From the NCBI GenBank assembly GCA_036172245.1, contig JAYWIR010000030.1, positions 744,001 to 808,000 on the forward strand: DNA of 64,000 nt, given 5' to 3'. Origin of the DNA: Raillietiella orientalis (lineage: Eukaryota). A program made the position numbers and the translations under genes. A model generated the notes under the pieces. The model ran no database searches. It saw only the letters and a program-made list of their open reading frames with translations, and was not told where the DNA came from. This document shows positions 12,073 through 25,403 of this stretch, one piece after another (position 1 is the stretch's first letter; each line of letters begins with the position of its first letter).

Positions 12073-12617
12073 CCAGCCACCCCCCTGCGATCCTCTCGAT
12101 CTCCTGTGCGTTCTCCGCGGTGATCACGTGGATCTCCTGCAGGAGCGCCAGGTCGAAGTCACGCAGGGTGGCGGCCGTGTCCCGTCTGTTGCCGTCGTCG
12201 CGCAGCCCGTTGACATTCCAACAGGCCGCGCGGATCCGACAGCGACAGGCGAGTCCAGGTGTTATTCCCGGGAAAGTGGCAATGGGGCTCCCGCCACCTG
12301 GTCGGGCGGGACTGATGGAGGAATGGGGGCACCGCGCACCGGTTCTCCCTCCTCCATGGGGCCGATTCCTCGGAAACCGCAACGGTGGAAGGGGACGGGT
12401 TTCACGCACCTGCTCCCCCTCTTCCATGGGGCGGATTCGTCGGCTTGGCTGGACAGCGGGGGGGAGCGGTTTTGAACTGTCTGCTCCCCCTCCTCCATGG
12501 CTATCTCCTCCTCAGCAGGACTCATCGGTGGAAGGGGGGCGGCAATCACTTACCTGCTCACCCTCCTCCATGGGGGTGCCCAGCTGCTCGGTAGCGCAGC
12601 GTGGGAAAATCCCTTCC
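12073..12617 (-). mobile_element. Tx1/L1-like ORF1 end and APE endonuclease N-terminus
   Basis: RIRAACWNVNGLRD...FDLALLQEIH is the start of an APE endonuclease domain; it is preceded by repeated MEEGEQ-coding units. Confidence 0.85.
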
Positions 12618-14712
12618 ACGATTGTGGCCACCATTCTTTTCTTCATGCTTAGCGTATAGATCAATCCGCCAAAATCCGAGTTGATATCAGGTTCACATCA
12701 GCTTGCACCCAAACGTTTCTGCGCGCCCTGTTGCAATGGTCCTACCCACCACAACTTGAAGAACCCGCCACCCTCCGATGGGAGAACTCTGCAGGTCGTA
12801 ACAGCTCATCCCCAGCTGTCGGGTAAAGTGTAACTCGAGCGTGACTTACCTCTATGGCGATTCGCTTCGGCAGAAGGGACTCCTGAGAAGATTCCGAATT
12901 CCCCGGTCGCCACACTGCTGACTACGGCAACCCATACCTTTCATGTAATGTAGCGACGAATCAGTTACTTCAGCTGAACGCTTGGTTCACCTCACAGCTC
13001 CACTCCTGCTTTACATAATTCCCCACTGGGCCCGCCAGCACCAAGCGCAAGTTTGGCAGTGGTCCTTGAGCTTTACGAATGTTTTGCAACCTAGCAATGA
13101 CTTGTGAGTAATAGCGGTTTTTAAAAGTGTGATGCGAGCTGCCGACATGGTGGAACAGGACACGCTTCCTTATTCCTAAGCTTTTAATCCATCCGACCAT
13201 AGTGTCCCGAAGCTCCTAATAAGCAAACCCAGTTACAGTGGGACATCGGATCCATCGTACGGGTAACAACCCAACACACCCAACACAGTGGTCCTCAGGG
13301 TAGGAGAAACTGTTCGCGTGGCATTCAAATCCTACTCTGCGGCAGCTGATGGAAACTGGTACATCGGAGTCTCCTGCAGGTAAAATAGCTGGGACTTCTG
13401 AAATCAGCATCTGGGACAGAGAGTTTCAAAATGTAGATGCCTCTACTGGGAATGTGGATCTCCAGGTTAGTATCGTCACGATCCCCATAAATGCCCTTCA
13501 AACTAGACGGTTCATACTTCTACCTTACACAGGAGAAAATGTTGATCTATACCGGCGAAATATGGCCTTTGGATCTCTCAAGGCCATCACCTCATCGGTC
13601 AGGGCATTTTTTGTACAGGGAAAGCGGGAATTTGCTTCGTGTCTTGGTTAACAAAGGGATGGACATCAATGGAGACTCCTCAAAGGAATTGCCGAAAATA
13701 TAGCGAGGGCTGTTTACTATGTTGGCTCTTTCAGAGGGCTGTTGTACTTTTCGCAGTTTGCTGAACTTAAACATCAAAAACAGAAAAAGATACGATGGAT
13801 TTCCCCGTTATCAGGCAAACACTTTTAAGGATCGATCAAACTCCAGGGTTCCTAGGCTCTTAAACATCGGAGCCTTCTCTCCGAAGAAGCAAGCTGCAGG
13901 CATCAACTGAATTTGACGAGAATGCCTGAGCTTTAAATATGAGGTCGCCGCCTGTCCCATGGCTACTTCTTTAAATGTTGCAGTCGAAACAATTTGGTAT
14001 TCTCTCGGCTCTACTGTCTGAGGTGTTATTTCTGCATTGAAAACACGGAAAAGCACTGCCACAAATTCAAAGAGTGGCACGAGACAAAAGATTGATCTTT
14101 CGTATGGCTGGCAAGAACAAACAAGTGAGAACAACAGAGGTCTCGATTCCAAGGAAGGGAAGTGGAGCAGGAAAGGGAGTCTGCACCACACGCATAAGCT
14201 AAGACCGTACTCAGGACAAATCTGGTTTTCCCAAAGAAGAAGGGATAGGGAGCCATAGAAAACACCGGAGTAATTTCCCTCGCACCAAAGAAACAGATCA
14301 TTGAATAACAGCCCCCGAACGATTGGATCCTCAGCACCTAGAATGGTGGTGAACTACGAGGCTATGATGGGACGATGACAAACAGTCCAAGAACATAAAA
14401 AAAACCATGAAACGAGCAGAAAAGAAAGTGCTCGTGTTGCGGGGTGATGCTACCTTGAAAGAAATGGTCTCACGGGGACCTCCGAAACTCACTTTAGAAA
14501 ATTATAACAACAAGAAAGATCAGAGGCAAATCAGATGTGCGATGAGCGGCCGCATGGAGTGGAAAGGAAGAAACCTAGAAGGAAACACACCACTCAATCC
14601 GAAGGAAAGTCGGCAAAGCTGAAGAGCACACTGCACAAGGAAACTAATAACAGAAACAGAATTTAAACAAGAGGACTTGTGAATTTTCCATTTGTTATTA
14701 TTACGTTCTCAG
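12618..14712 (+). repeat. Segmental repeat B, copy 1
   Basis: Apparently identical to 22247-24341 (offset 9629); shared start acgattgtggccacc. Confidence 0.97.
12900..13410 (-). mobile_element. Degenerate SGNH/GDSL esterase domain, probably ORF1 of a CR1/L2-type element (second copy at about 22530-23040)
   Basis: AILPAGDS, VLFHHVGSS, LRLVLAGP and EVNQAF occur in SGNH block order, broken by stops and frameshifts. Confidence 0.5.
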
Positions 14713-15774
14713 GAAAATATGGAACCGCGTTTGTAGTTGGGCGATCAAACAGGCGCAGTACCTTTGCAGAAAAAAGTTTGTGAAACGAACTCGGAATTTC
14801 TTCCAGTGGGGGGCCACTTTTCGAGCATTCATAAGCGTATTCTTCGCAGGGTGGAGCTTTGCATTTTTTTTTTTTTCGGACAGCAAAACGAAACAGCGTT
14901 TGCACCGACCGCCTTGAGGGAACAGCAGCGCCGTGGCACGGAGTGCCAGAAATCCCATTTGGTGCGTTTTCTCATTCCAGGATGCTTTTTGCATCTTCCC
15001 TCATCTACCAGCAAATGCAAAGCCTCGTAAAGGGGAAAGTGGAAGTGGCGTGCCCGAGGTGCGCAGCTCGGCATGTTGCGAATCGGCGCAGCAGCCATCT
15101 TCGTCATACGTCATCAGCGGCCGTTTCGAAACGGAGCGCCTCGGCCCTGCTCGCGTCGGCGGCGGAGTGGCAACGCGAAGGCCGGTCGGTGCTTCCTGCG
15201 AGCTCTGTGTGGAATCGCAAAGGATGTCGTCTGGAAAGGGATCGACTTCAGCATCGAATTTGCTTCCGCATTGTGTGCGAGGATGCATCGTTGAATAGCG
15301 GGAAAATGCAGAGTGAATATGTACTCCCACTCCAGGGAAGAGAGGAAAATAGCGGAGTGATGTTCGGTGCAGAAACTGAGCCGCTTCGTGTGCCATAAAA
15401 TGGAATCGCAAGAGATATGGTAAGTGCGATGTTTGATCCAATTGATCGAATTCAAACAGTGTTGGATTACTGTGGTCAGGTTTTGTTTGTGTTTCCCTCC
15501 CTTGGAGTAACCATAGTAATCTTACAATAGTCTATTAACCAAAGTCTAACATTGGAGCAGCATCCCCACCTGTGCTGCTGTGTTTTCTTTTTCTGTCTTT
15601 TCTAGACGGAGTTTTGTTCTCGTTCCGAAATTTGAAGTTTTGGCACCAGAGCACCTTTTGACATCTTGCTGCAAGAAGCAGGTTCTTATCTTGACATAAT
15701 TTTGTAAAGCATATTCCATAATGTTTATTAGGCGTACGTTCCTGTTGAAACGTTTCCACTACTGAGAGAAAAGG

Positions 15775-17648
15775 ATGGAACAATTTATCTGTTGCGCCTG
15801 CAAATCTCCTCTGGTAGCGCAAGAATCCATCTCAGCAATTCCATGTGGACATATGGTCCATAGCAGCTGCTTACAACATCTTCCAAGGGATTCTCCTGCT
15901 GGGTAGCTTTTTGTGTAAATTACTGTCAGTGCTACTCAAAATGATGTCCCAGTTTTCCTAGATGCCCTATTTGCGACCATGTAATGCAACCTGGTGAAGA
16001 AGCAACGAGATTGTATTTTACTACTGATTTGGTGGAAATTGACCCTAATGAACTAATCACTCGTGAACAAGAACGAGCTGCACTTCAGGAAGCTAGGTAT
16101 TGTGCATTGATCAAATTTCAGCCATCTAAGGAATACAGTGTAATCAGTTGTGAACAAGAATTAGATGTGATTTGCAGATTTGAAATATCCATTTACTAAC
16201 TTGATCAGGATTTCATGTATGGTAGCAAGATATTTGAATCATTCATAAAATTGTTATGAGTTACAGATATGCAAATAATCTATTTTATTTTTGAATACCA
16301 GTTAGCTGCTTTTTCGTAAATGAATTGAAAGTTCTTCTCAGAAATGCATATGGAGACTCTTTGACACATTTACATGAGACCAGAACTGCTTATGCCACCT
16401 TGATCGCAGAACATGATTCAATTTTGTCCTCCCTGAAGAGATGTGAGAACTCCAAACTTGGCAATGTAGCAGTCTATGAGAAAATTGCAAAATTACAGCA
16501 GTAAGTGCTTGCTTTTTTTTTTCTTTATATTCTTAATGCAAATTTTTTTAGCATTAAAGAGATATTAGAAGCTAGTAGTTCTTACATCGATATGTATAAA
16601 GCAAGAATTCCAGCTGATCATGCAAATGTGAATATTTTATGTACACTAAGTGGAGTACTACACAGGTAGTCATGTTTTTTAGAGTTTTGTTGTTGTTGAT
16701 TGTTTTTGTGGATCTCAATATTTTATCACTTTTGCATACGGATGCATTTTTATTCTGTGAATCATTTAATAGCTGTTCTAAGCAGCTTGAATAGAATGGA
16801 GAAAATTTGCATTCATTTCCTAAACTTCTTTTCTTCTTTTTTTTCTTTTTTTTTCCCATGGTCTCATACAAGATTCCTATTGCCCATTTTCTCTCAAAAA
16901 TTTGCTTTGTGGAACTGCTAAGGGATGTTTAATTCAAATCAGATATGAGACATTCGTTTCTGGTTTGCTTTGTGCTAAACCAAGTTTTCCAGGGTTTGTT
17001 GAAGTTTGGGAATTGAATGCTTGATGCTATGTCAGCACATTCTCAAGTGAGTGTTTCACACTAGGGAACTTCAGGGATGTAAAGCAGAATTGCAGTTGAA
17101 GAAGGAAAGGCTGGAGGAATTTGAGGTGTTAGTCACAACCCTCAGAGAATCTGTGCAAGGCTTTGAAAGGAAGCTCGCGAATCGCCAACAGCAAATAGTG
17201 CAATTGACTGAAGAAAATAAGAAGCTTCGTGACAGTTTGGATCACATAAGTTCAGCTATGGCTTCAACTAATGGTGTCACGAGTGGGGTTTCACATGCAA
17301 ATTCTGTTCCCAGGTTGGAAGACACTGATTCACCTAATCACCAAGGTATCTGAATAAAAGTTGTGTGTGAAAGTGTTTGTTTGCAGTCAAATTGGTTCAT
17401 CTGGGATGTTGGTGCGTCCTCATCAGAAGGTCTCTTCAGAAGGTTGCGGAAGTTGTTTGTCTGAAATGAAAAGGGGCAAACTCGATGGCAGATGGGGTGG
17501 TGAGGGTGCAGCCATGTTTTCTTTGAATTGCGATGACAAGAGACGTTGCAAGCAAGTTAAAGATAAGCAGATAATCCGGATTAGTTGTAAGAACTCTAAA
17601 AAACTCACCAAAGTTTGGAACTTTTTGTGGGATCGTCCTCATGCTTAA
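15775..17648 (+). CDS. TRAIP: TRAIP-like RING-H2 E3 ligase, copy 2 (exons 15775-15902, 15953-16096, 16342-16500, 16552-16665, 17065-17345, 17440-17648)
   Basis: Same exon structure as copy 1 with an open frame; many replacement changes in exons 3 and 5. Confidence 0.8.
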
Positions 17649-17782
17649 CCCTTTTATGACGTGTGTCCCCAAATAAAATTCGTTTTGCTAATGCAAGACC
17701 AATGATGTCACGGGAGGAAAGCAGTGAAGCTGATATACCTCCCTTTGTGCATTGACGGTACCTTCAACATGTGTGCAGAATC

Positions 17783-18817
17783 ATGGAACCTATGGCCATT
17801 GGTTCCTCGAATAGTCCCAACAAGAGTGATTTGGGGTGCTCTCAGTATTTGCCCAGTTTTCTTTTGGGTGAATCTGTGTTGTCTGCATGTCCCACGAGCA
17901 GGCAATCCGCAGGATGCTCCGATCCTCTCCTCCGATCCTCTCCGAAGGTGGGAAGCCACTGTTTTCTCCGAATGCGGATTCTTTCTTCATCTAGGTTGGA
18001 CAGGTGGGATATGTGTGCCGTGAGCGTTTTGTTAACTGTTGCGTGTTTCAGATCTTTTGGGCGTCGTTTTTCTCCGGAAGGACACGTGAATTTTTCCCAT
18101 GGTCAGGCGGCGAGTTGTAATAAAATGAGAACGTCTGGCTGCAATGCAGGGCCCCCCGTCATCTCCCAGCTGCTGTCCCCATCGCTTCCTTCCAGTTGCT
18201 TCAGCGAATCTCGATCCCTTCAACCCAGTTTGGGACTGTGAGTGGTGCAGATGACAATCCGAGTGCTTGCTTAGTCAGCAGACATCTGATGACAATACTT
18301 GGGTGACGGTATTTGGCTTTCTTCCATCAGCTTGCGCGTACATTCTGGAACAGTTTTCGTCCTATGGGAATGTACTTGAGCACATACTTCCATCTCGTGG
18401 TAATTGGATGCATCTCCATTATGAAAACGCTCTGCAAGCCCACAAAGCCTTGTGCAAAAATGGCCACATACTTGGAGATGCCATTATGATTGGCGTAAAA
18501 GCGTGTACGCACAAAGTAAGCAGCAAGTGAAAATGTGTGTGAATGCGCGAATTTTCGAAAACGTTGTTGCAGGACGCCACGAGGGATGCCACTTTGAGTG
18601 GCAGCGGACCGAGGAAAGTGGAACACGTGCAAGGGTACACACCTCCATCACGACTTTTGTCATCTTCTAGTTGGGCAGCGAAAGCTAATCACGACGTCAG
18701 TTGTCATCCTGCGCGCATTCCTGTTAATCTGCTCCGTTGTAGGTGATCCCGTGTTCCCCAGTGCCTCAAAGGAGTAATGGCCTGATGAATCGTGCAATGG
18801 AATTGCTGGGATGGTGA
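17783..18817 (+). CDS. NUP35: Nup35/Nup53, copy 2
   Basis: As copy 1, except for a compensating -1/+1 indel pair near 17959-17980. Confidence 0.92.
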
Positions 18818-20749
18818 AGTACACGTTTCAAGTCGAAAGATTCGTCATTTTGTGTGGTTCAGCATCTCGCAGAGTCATTAAAAATATTCAACATGGTTAC
18901 ATGGCTTCGAGGTGTCTAATTGTGATGAACATTTGTGAATGCATCGTAAGGGAGTGGTAATTGAGGTTTTCTTCTCCCTCTCCGTCTTTCTGTTGACAGC
19001 GGTGGCTTAAACTGGCGGGAAGTTTTCCTAGTTGGATCACTTTTGATGCTTGAAGCAATCCAGCCGGATGAATTCTGGGAAAATTCCCCCCACTTTTCAT
19101 GGTTGAGGTTTGGGGAGGTTTTTTTTTTTTTTTTGCTGATGTTTGTCCAGTAACGATCGACATCTGATGCTGACCGCTCTCGAATTGTGCAGTGCTGCCT
19201 GTATCTGGATGGTAATATTTGCACATCAGGTTTCGACGAACTGGCTCATGTTGTCGTTGTGACAAAGTGTTCGTTTAATTGATCTAGCTTTATGAGGTAA
19301 TGGTGAGGTACAGGAAAATATCATTTGAAGCTCAATCAATTAAGAAATACGTATTTTCATAGTCAAGGGAATGCTATAAGAATTGCAATTTACTTAATCT
19401 GATCAGGACGAGTTGCGAAAAAGTTTCATCTGACTTCATCTCTGCTTCAAGTGTTACTCTTAATTTTTATAGATATGGGCTTCTTTCGTGTATACGGTTC
19501 ATTGAGGAATTCTGTTAGAAATGTGGCTATTCTGTTCGTGTGCAGTCTTTTCCAAAAGAGCTTTATGTTTTTTTAGGGATGGATTTTCTTTCCAGAAGCG
19601 TCATTCTAGCAATAATGGTGTCTTTGCTAATTTGCATTCTCTTTTGTTTGGGGCTGCATGCGTTTTTGGAAGGTTCGAGATTGATTCTTGACTGTTGGCT
19701 CTTTGAGAAAATTCAAGGATTATTTGCTTAAGAATGTTGATTGTTCTCAACATTTGAATTATGAGGCAATTCGCTAGTAAGGGTGCCCCAGTCTAGTTGT
19801 GATGAAATAGAGGATCATATCTGTAGACTTATAGGATGTTTGTGGGTGAACTGATTGGTGTTACATAGAGGAGTGCAAAACTGGCAATTTCTGCTTTCTA
19901 CCAATGCTAACTGAACGTGAACTAATTTGTCCACTCGCAGACTGGGCATGTAAAACTCCAGTTATATGAAATAATACTAACTGTGGCGTTTGTAATTGTT
20001 TTAAGTGTCTACTAAAGTGAGAAAACACGACATTGGGCTATTTTGTTGTGTGTTTTTGGCGTTAGAATGGAGAAGTAGTAAGGTGTCGGTGTTCAGTGAG
20101 GTACTGTGTAGTGTACCCTTAGAACCCTTGGTTTCTAAAATTCTCGCCGTTGAAAAACAAAACGCTTTTATCATAAGAATTAGTTTTTGTCCGTGTGTGT
20201 ATCCTGTCGTTTATTATTGCAATGAGTGTTGTCCACAGGGACATTTTTCGCTGAATCAAAAGTTGAGAGCCCGTTTCATTTCCGACATTTAAGATTGGAA
20301 TTTAATGAAAAAGGAAACGATTTTACTGTATAGAAATGGTAAAATACATGAATTTTGTCAACAGTGTGTAAGATTCACAGCAATAGAGGTGAACCGCGGT
20401 AGTGGGTTGTGTTTGTTTTCCGATGTGCCACGAGACAGATATAAAATGAATAGTAAGATATCAGCATCTTAACGCGAAACGCATGCTAGTATCTGTATTC
20501 CGTATTGTGTAGTTTGATTTGGAAACTGCATTGATATGTTGTGACGTCATCTATCGGTGAGGAACAGCTTTCAGCAAATGCAATACGAGTTTGATAGTCA
20601 GAGAAGACCTACAGTTAACTCCATGTAACCTGTTTTCCTTATGCAAGATTTTCCCCAGTTCAACAGGCGGTGGGGTGATTTTCTTTGACTACAGGTTGTG
20701 ACAAAAGCTCAACAAATGCTTGAGCACACTTTTAACTCAAGTTTCAACA

Positions 20750-21600
20750 GTAATGGCACTTGTTGAAGCCCACGCTGAATGTCTCTCATTCCGATGTGCC
20801 TCCTTTACGCTGTCCACTTGCGGATCGCCGATTCGGGAAGGAGGACTCGGCTCTGTTTTGCAGGCAAGAGTTCATCTTCAGTTTCCGCAGGATGTACCTG
20901 AGTGTACATACAGGCACTCTTCTGCAATTGAGGATTTCGAGTTCCTTCTTCAACAGTCCTTATGCAATCCGTTTTGCCAGCACATCTGTTCCTTGGAGGA
21001 GCCTCCACCTTCGCACCATGGTGCTGGTGATGAAGAAGGCTAAGGTCGCCCTCTCACCGTCGGGTTGTACACCGGGGCCAATCCGTTACCATTAAAGAGC
21101 TCACTCAGGATTTCGGTTGGCAACACGTTCTGCAGACCTGCCGCCCTTCTTACCGCTGTCCAATCATTGGTTAATGTCAAAGTGAGCATGTGGTGTTGGG
21201 TTTCTCGGTCACCACACTCTTTGCAAGCTTCGTCCTGCCTTATGGTGATGCGTTGGAGTCGGACATTGTCCTGGTAAAGAGGGAAAAGGGACCCTCTCAT
21301 GTTTCCGGTGGTGGGTCCATCCTCCAGATCACTGCTCCGATCGCATGGCAATTGATCTGCGTTGTGCAGCAAGGACTTCCTCCTCCGTGTACGGTCTGCT
21401 GATGCTGTTTTTCCAGTTGACTTCCTGTACTTTATGCCAGTATTTTTGGCCTCCTTTCCCAAGTTTCCTGGTCCAATGGGTCACTCTGCCTCTCATGTTG
21501 GTCATATGCAGGTCTATGAAGTGTTTGAATATCTTTCTGCAAAACCAATAAATGGTTTCTTATGTTGATCTCAGCGGAGCAGCCATTGTTGGGAAGTCTG
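20750..21600 (-). mobile_element. Degenerate L1/Tx1-like ORF2 C-terminal fragment of a different family
   Basis: ACKECGDRETQHHML is a CCHC-like knuckle in ORF 21040-21462; the surrounding frames are disrupted. Confidence 0.55.
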
Positions 21601-21700
21601 GTACATTAGTACCGCTTTTCTCGACGTTTGCTTGTGATTAGACTGGAAGTCTGGTACATTAGTACCACTTTTCTCGACGTTTGCTTGTGATTAGACTGGA
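21592..21700. repeat. 53-bp tandem duplication
   Basis: gaagtctggtacattagtaccRcttttctcgacgtttgcttgtgattagactg occurs twice head to tail with one mismatch. Confidence 0.9.
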
Positions 21701-22246
21701 ACTTATTGATTTTCACAGAAAAGAGGGAAAGGCTGTCTCTAATTTCCAGTGGCATAATGGAATAGAAGTACTTTAGAATCAGCTTTACAATGTGTGTATC
21801 TGTATCCAACTCCAATGCATAACATTTACTCGTCTATGCGCTCTGCATACGTTTGGAATCTCACATTCGTACCCTGCCTTGGTTCGAAGAATTCATTCAA
21901 AGGCTGATTAGTAGTTTCCTATTCAGTATCTCATAAATGAGCTCCATTTAGAATGCAAAATGAAGACAATACCTGAGAAGCTTCTTGGAAATGATCACAT
22001 CAGTTCCCTTCGTATCGTTTGCTAATAGTCAGATCCTTTGCATCAGGACGGAGATCCAACCGATGTCTACGTCCTGTGTTTCTCAATCACATTTCCGACT
22101 TCCACAACCCATTTCGGGAGGCAGCACCGCAATCTGGAATGTTTTCCTCATCAATTGGAAAAGATTCTTCTCTCTAAAGCACTGATAGCGTCAAGGAAGC
22201 AGGAGTTCCGGCTCTTTCGATGTTTCGATTTTAGGATACTGAAGGA

Positions 22247-24341
22247 ACGATTGTGGCCACCATTCTTTTCTTCATGCTTAGCGTATAGATCAATCCGCCA
22301 AAATCCGAGTTGATATCAGGTTCACATCAGCTTGCACCCAAACGTTTCTGCGCGCCCTGTTGCAATGGTCCTACCCACCACAACTTGAAGAACCCGCCAC
22401 CCTCCGATGGGAGAACTCTGCAGGTCGTAACAGCTCATCCCCAGCTGTCGGGTAAAGTGTAACTCGAGCGTGACTTACCTCTATGGCGATTCGCTTCGGC
22501 AGAAGGGACTCCTGAGAAGATTCCGAATTCCCCGGTCGCCACACTGCTGACTACGGCAACCCATACCTTTCATGTAATGTAGCGACGAATCAGTTACTTC
22601 AGCTGAACGCTTGGTTCACCTCACAGCTCCACTCCTGCTTTACATAATTCCCCACTGGGCCCGCCAGCACCAAGCGCAAGTTTGGCAGTGGTCCTTGAGC
22701 TTTACGAATGTTTTGCAACCTAGCAATGACTTGTGAGTAATAGCGGTTTTTAAAAGTGTGATGCGAGCTGCCGACATGGTGGAACAGGACACGCTTCCTT
22801 ATTCCTAAGCTTTTAATCCATCCGACCATAGTGTCCCGAAGCTCCTAATAAGCAAACCCAGTTACAGTGGGACATCGGATCCATCGTACGGGTAACAACC
22901 CAACACACCCAACACAGTGGTCCTCAGGGTAGGAGAAACTGTTCGCGTGGCATTCAAATCCTACTCTGCGGCAGCTGATGGAAACTGGTACATCGGAGTC
23001 TCCTGCAGGTAAAATAGCTGGGACTTCTGAAATCAGCATCTGGGACAGAGAGTTTCAAAATGTAGATGCCTCTACTGGGAATGTGGATCTCCAGGTTAGT
23101 ATCGTCACGATCCCCATAAATGCCCTTCAAACTAGACGGTTCATACTTCTACCTTACACAGGAGAAAATGTTGATCTATACCGGCGAAATATGGCCTTTG
23201 GATCTCTCAAGGCCATCACCTCATCGGTCAGGGCATTTTTTGTACAGGGAAAGCGGGAATTTGCTTCGTGTCTTGGTTAACAAAGGGATGGACATCAATG
23301 GAGACTCCTCAAAGGAATTGCCGAAAATATAGCGAGGGCTGTTTACTATGTTGGCTCTTTCAGAGGGCTGTTGTACTTTTCGCAGTTTGCTGAACTTAAA
23401 CATCAAAAACAGAAAAAGATACGATGGATTTCCCCGTTATCAGGCAAACACTTTTAAGGATCGATCAAACTCCAGGGTTCCTAGGCTCTTAAACATCGGA
23501 GCCTTCTCTCCGAAGAAGCAAGCTGCAGGCATCAACTGAATTTGACGAGAATGCCTGAGCTTTAAATATGAGGTCGCCGCCTGTCCCATGGCTACTTCTT
23601 TAAATGTTGCAGTCGAAACAATTTGGTATTCTCTCGGCTCTACTGTCTGAGGTGTTATTTCTGCATTGAAAACACGGAAAAGCACTGCCACAAATTCAAA
23701 GAGTGGCACGAGACAAAAGATTGATCTTTCGTATGGCTGGCAAGAACAAACAAGTGAGAACAACAGAGGTCTCGATTCCAAGGAAGGGAAGTGGAGCAGG
23801 AAAGGGAGTCTGCACCACACGCATAAGCTAAGACCGTACTCAGGACAAATCTGGTTTTCCCAAAGAAGAAGGGATAGGGAGCCATAGAAAACACCGGAGT
23901 AATTTCCCTCGCACCAAAGAAACAGATCATTGAATAACAGCCCCCGAACGATTGGATCCTCAGCACCTAGAATGGTGGTGAACTACGAGGCTATGATGGG
24001 ACGATGACAAACAGTCCAAGAACATAAAAAAAACCATGAAACGAGCAGAAAAGAAAGTGCTCGTGTTGCGGGGTGATGCTACCTTGAAAGAAATGGTCTC
24101 ACGGGGACCTCCGAAACTCACTTTAGAAAATTATAACAACAAGAAAGATCAGAGGCAAATCAGATGTGCGATGAGCGGCCGCATGGAGTGGAAAGGAAGA
24201 AACCTAGAAGGAAACACACCACTCAATCCGAAGGAAAGTCGGCAAAGCTGAAGAGCACACTGCACAAGGAAACTAATAACAGAAACAGAATTTAAACAAG
24301 AGGACTTGTGAATTTTCCATTTGTTATTATTACGTTCTCAG
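22247..24341 (+). repeat. Segmental repeat B, copy 2
   Basis: Direct repeat of 12618-14712. Confidence 0.97.
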
Positions 24342-25403
24342 GAAAATATGGAACCGCGTTTGTAGTTGGGCGATCAAACAGGCGCAGTACCTTTGCAGAA
24401 AAAAGTTTGTGAAACGAACTCGGAAGTTCTTCCAGTGGGGGGCCACTTTTCGAGCATTCATAAGCGTATTCTTCGCAGGGTGGAGCTTTGCATTTTTTTT
24501 TTTTTCGGACAGCAAAACGAAACAGCGTTTGCACCGACCGCCTTGAGGGAACAGCAGCGCCGTGGCACGGAGTGCCAGAAATCCCATTTGGTGCGTTTTC
24601 TCATTCCAGGATGCTTTTTGCATCTTCCCTCATCTACCGGCAAATGCAAAGCCTCGTAAAGGGGAAAGTGGAAGTGGCGTGCCCGAGGTGCGCAGCTCGG
24701 CATGTTGCGAATCGGCGCAGCAGCCATCTTCGTCATACGTCATCAGCGGCCGTTTCGAAACGGAGCGCCTCGGCCCTGCTCGCGTCGGCGGCGGAGTGGC
24801 AACGCGAAGGCCGGTCGGTGCTTCCTGCGAGCTCTGTGTGGAATCGCAAAGGATGTCGTCTGGAAAGGGATCGACTTCAGCATCGAATTTGCTTCCGCAT
24901 TGTGTGCGAGGATGCATCGTTGAATAGCGGGAAAATGCAGAGTGAATATGTACTCCCACTCCAGGGAAGAGAGGAAAATAGCGGAGTGATGTTCGGTGCA
25001 GAAACTGAGCCGCTTCGTGTGCCATAAAATGGAATCGCAAGAGATATGGTAAGTGCGATGTTTGATCCAATTGATCGAATTCAAACAGTGTTGGATTACT
25101 GTGGTCAGGTTTTGTTTGTGTTTCCCTCCCTTGGAGTAACCATAGTAATCTTACAATAGTCTATTAACCAAAGTCTAACATTGGAGCAGCATCCCCACCT
25201 GTGCTGCTGTGTTTTCTTTTTCTGTCTTTTCTAGACGGAGTTTTGTTCTCGTTCCGAAATTTGAAGTTTTGGCACCAGAGCACCTTTTGACATCTTGCTG
25301 CAAGAAGCAGGTTCTTATCTTGACATAATTTTGTAAAGCATATTCCATAATGTTTATTAGGCGTACTTTCCTGTTGAAACGTTTCCACTACTGAGAGAAG
25401 AGG

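Larger units (their letters stand above)
14713..19361 (+). repeat. Segmental repeat A, copy 2
   Basis: Direct repeat of 4208-8855. Confidence 0.97.
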
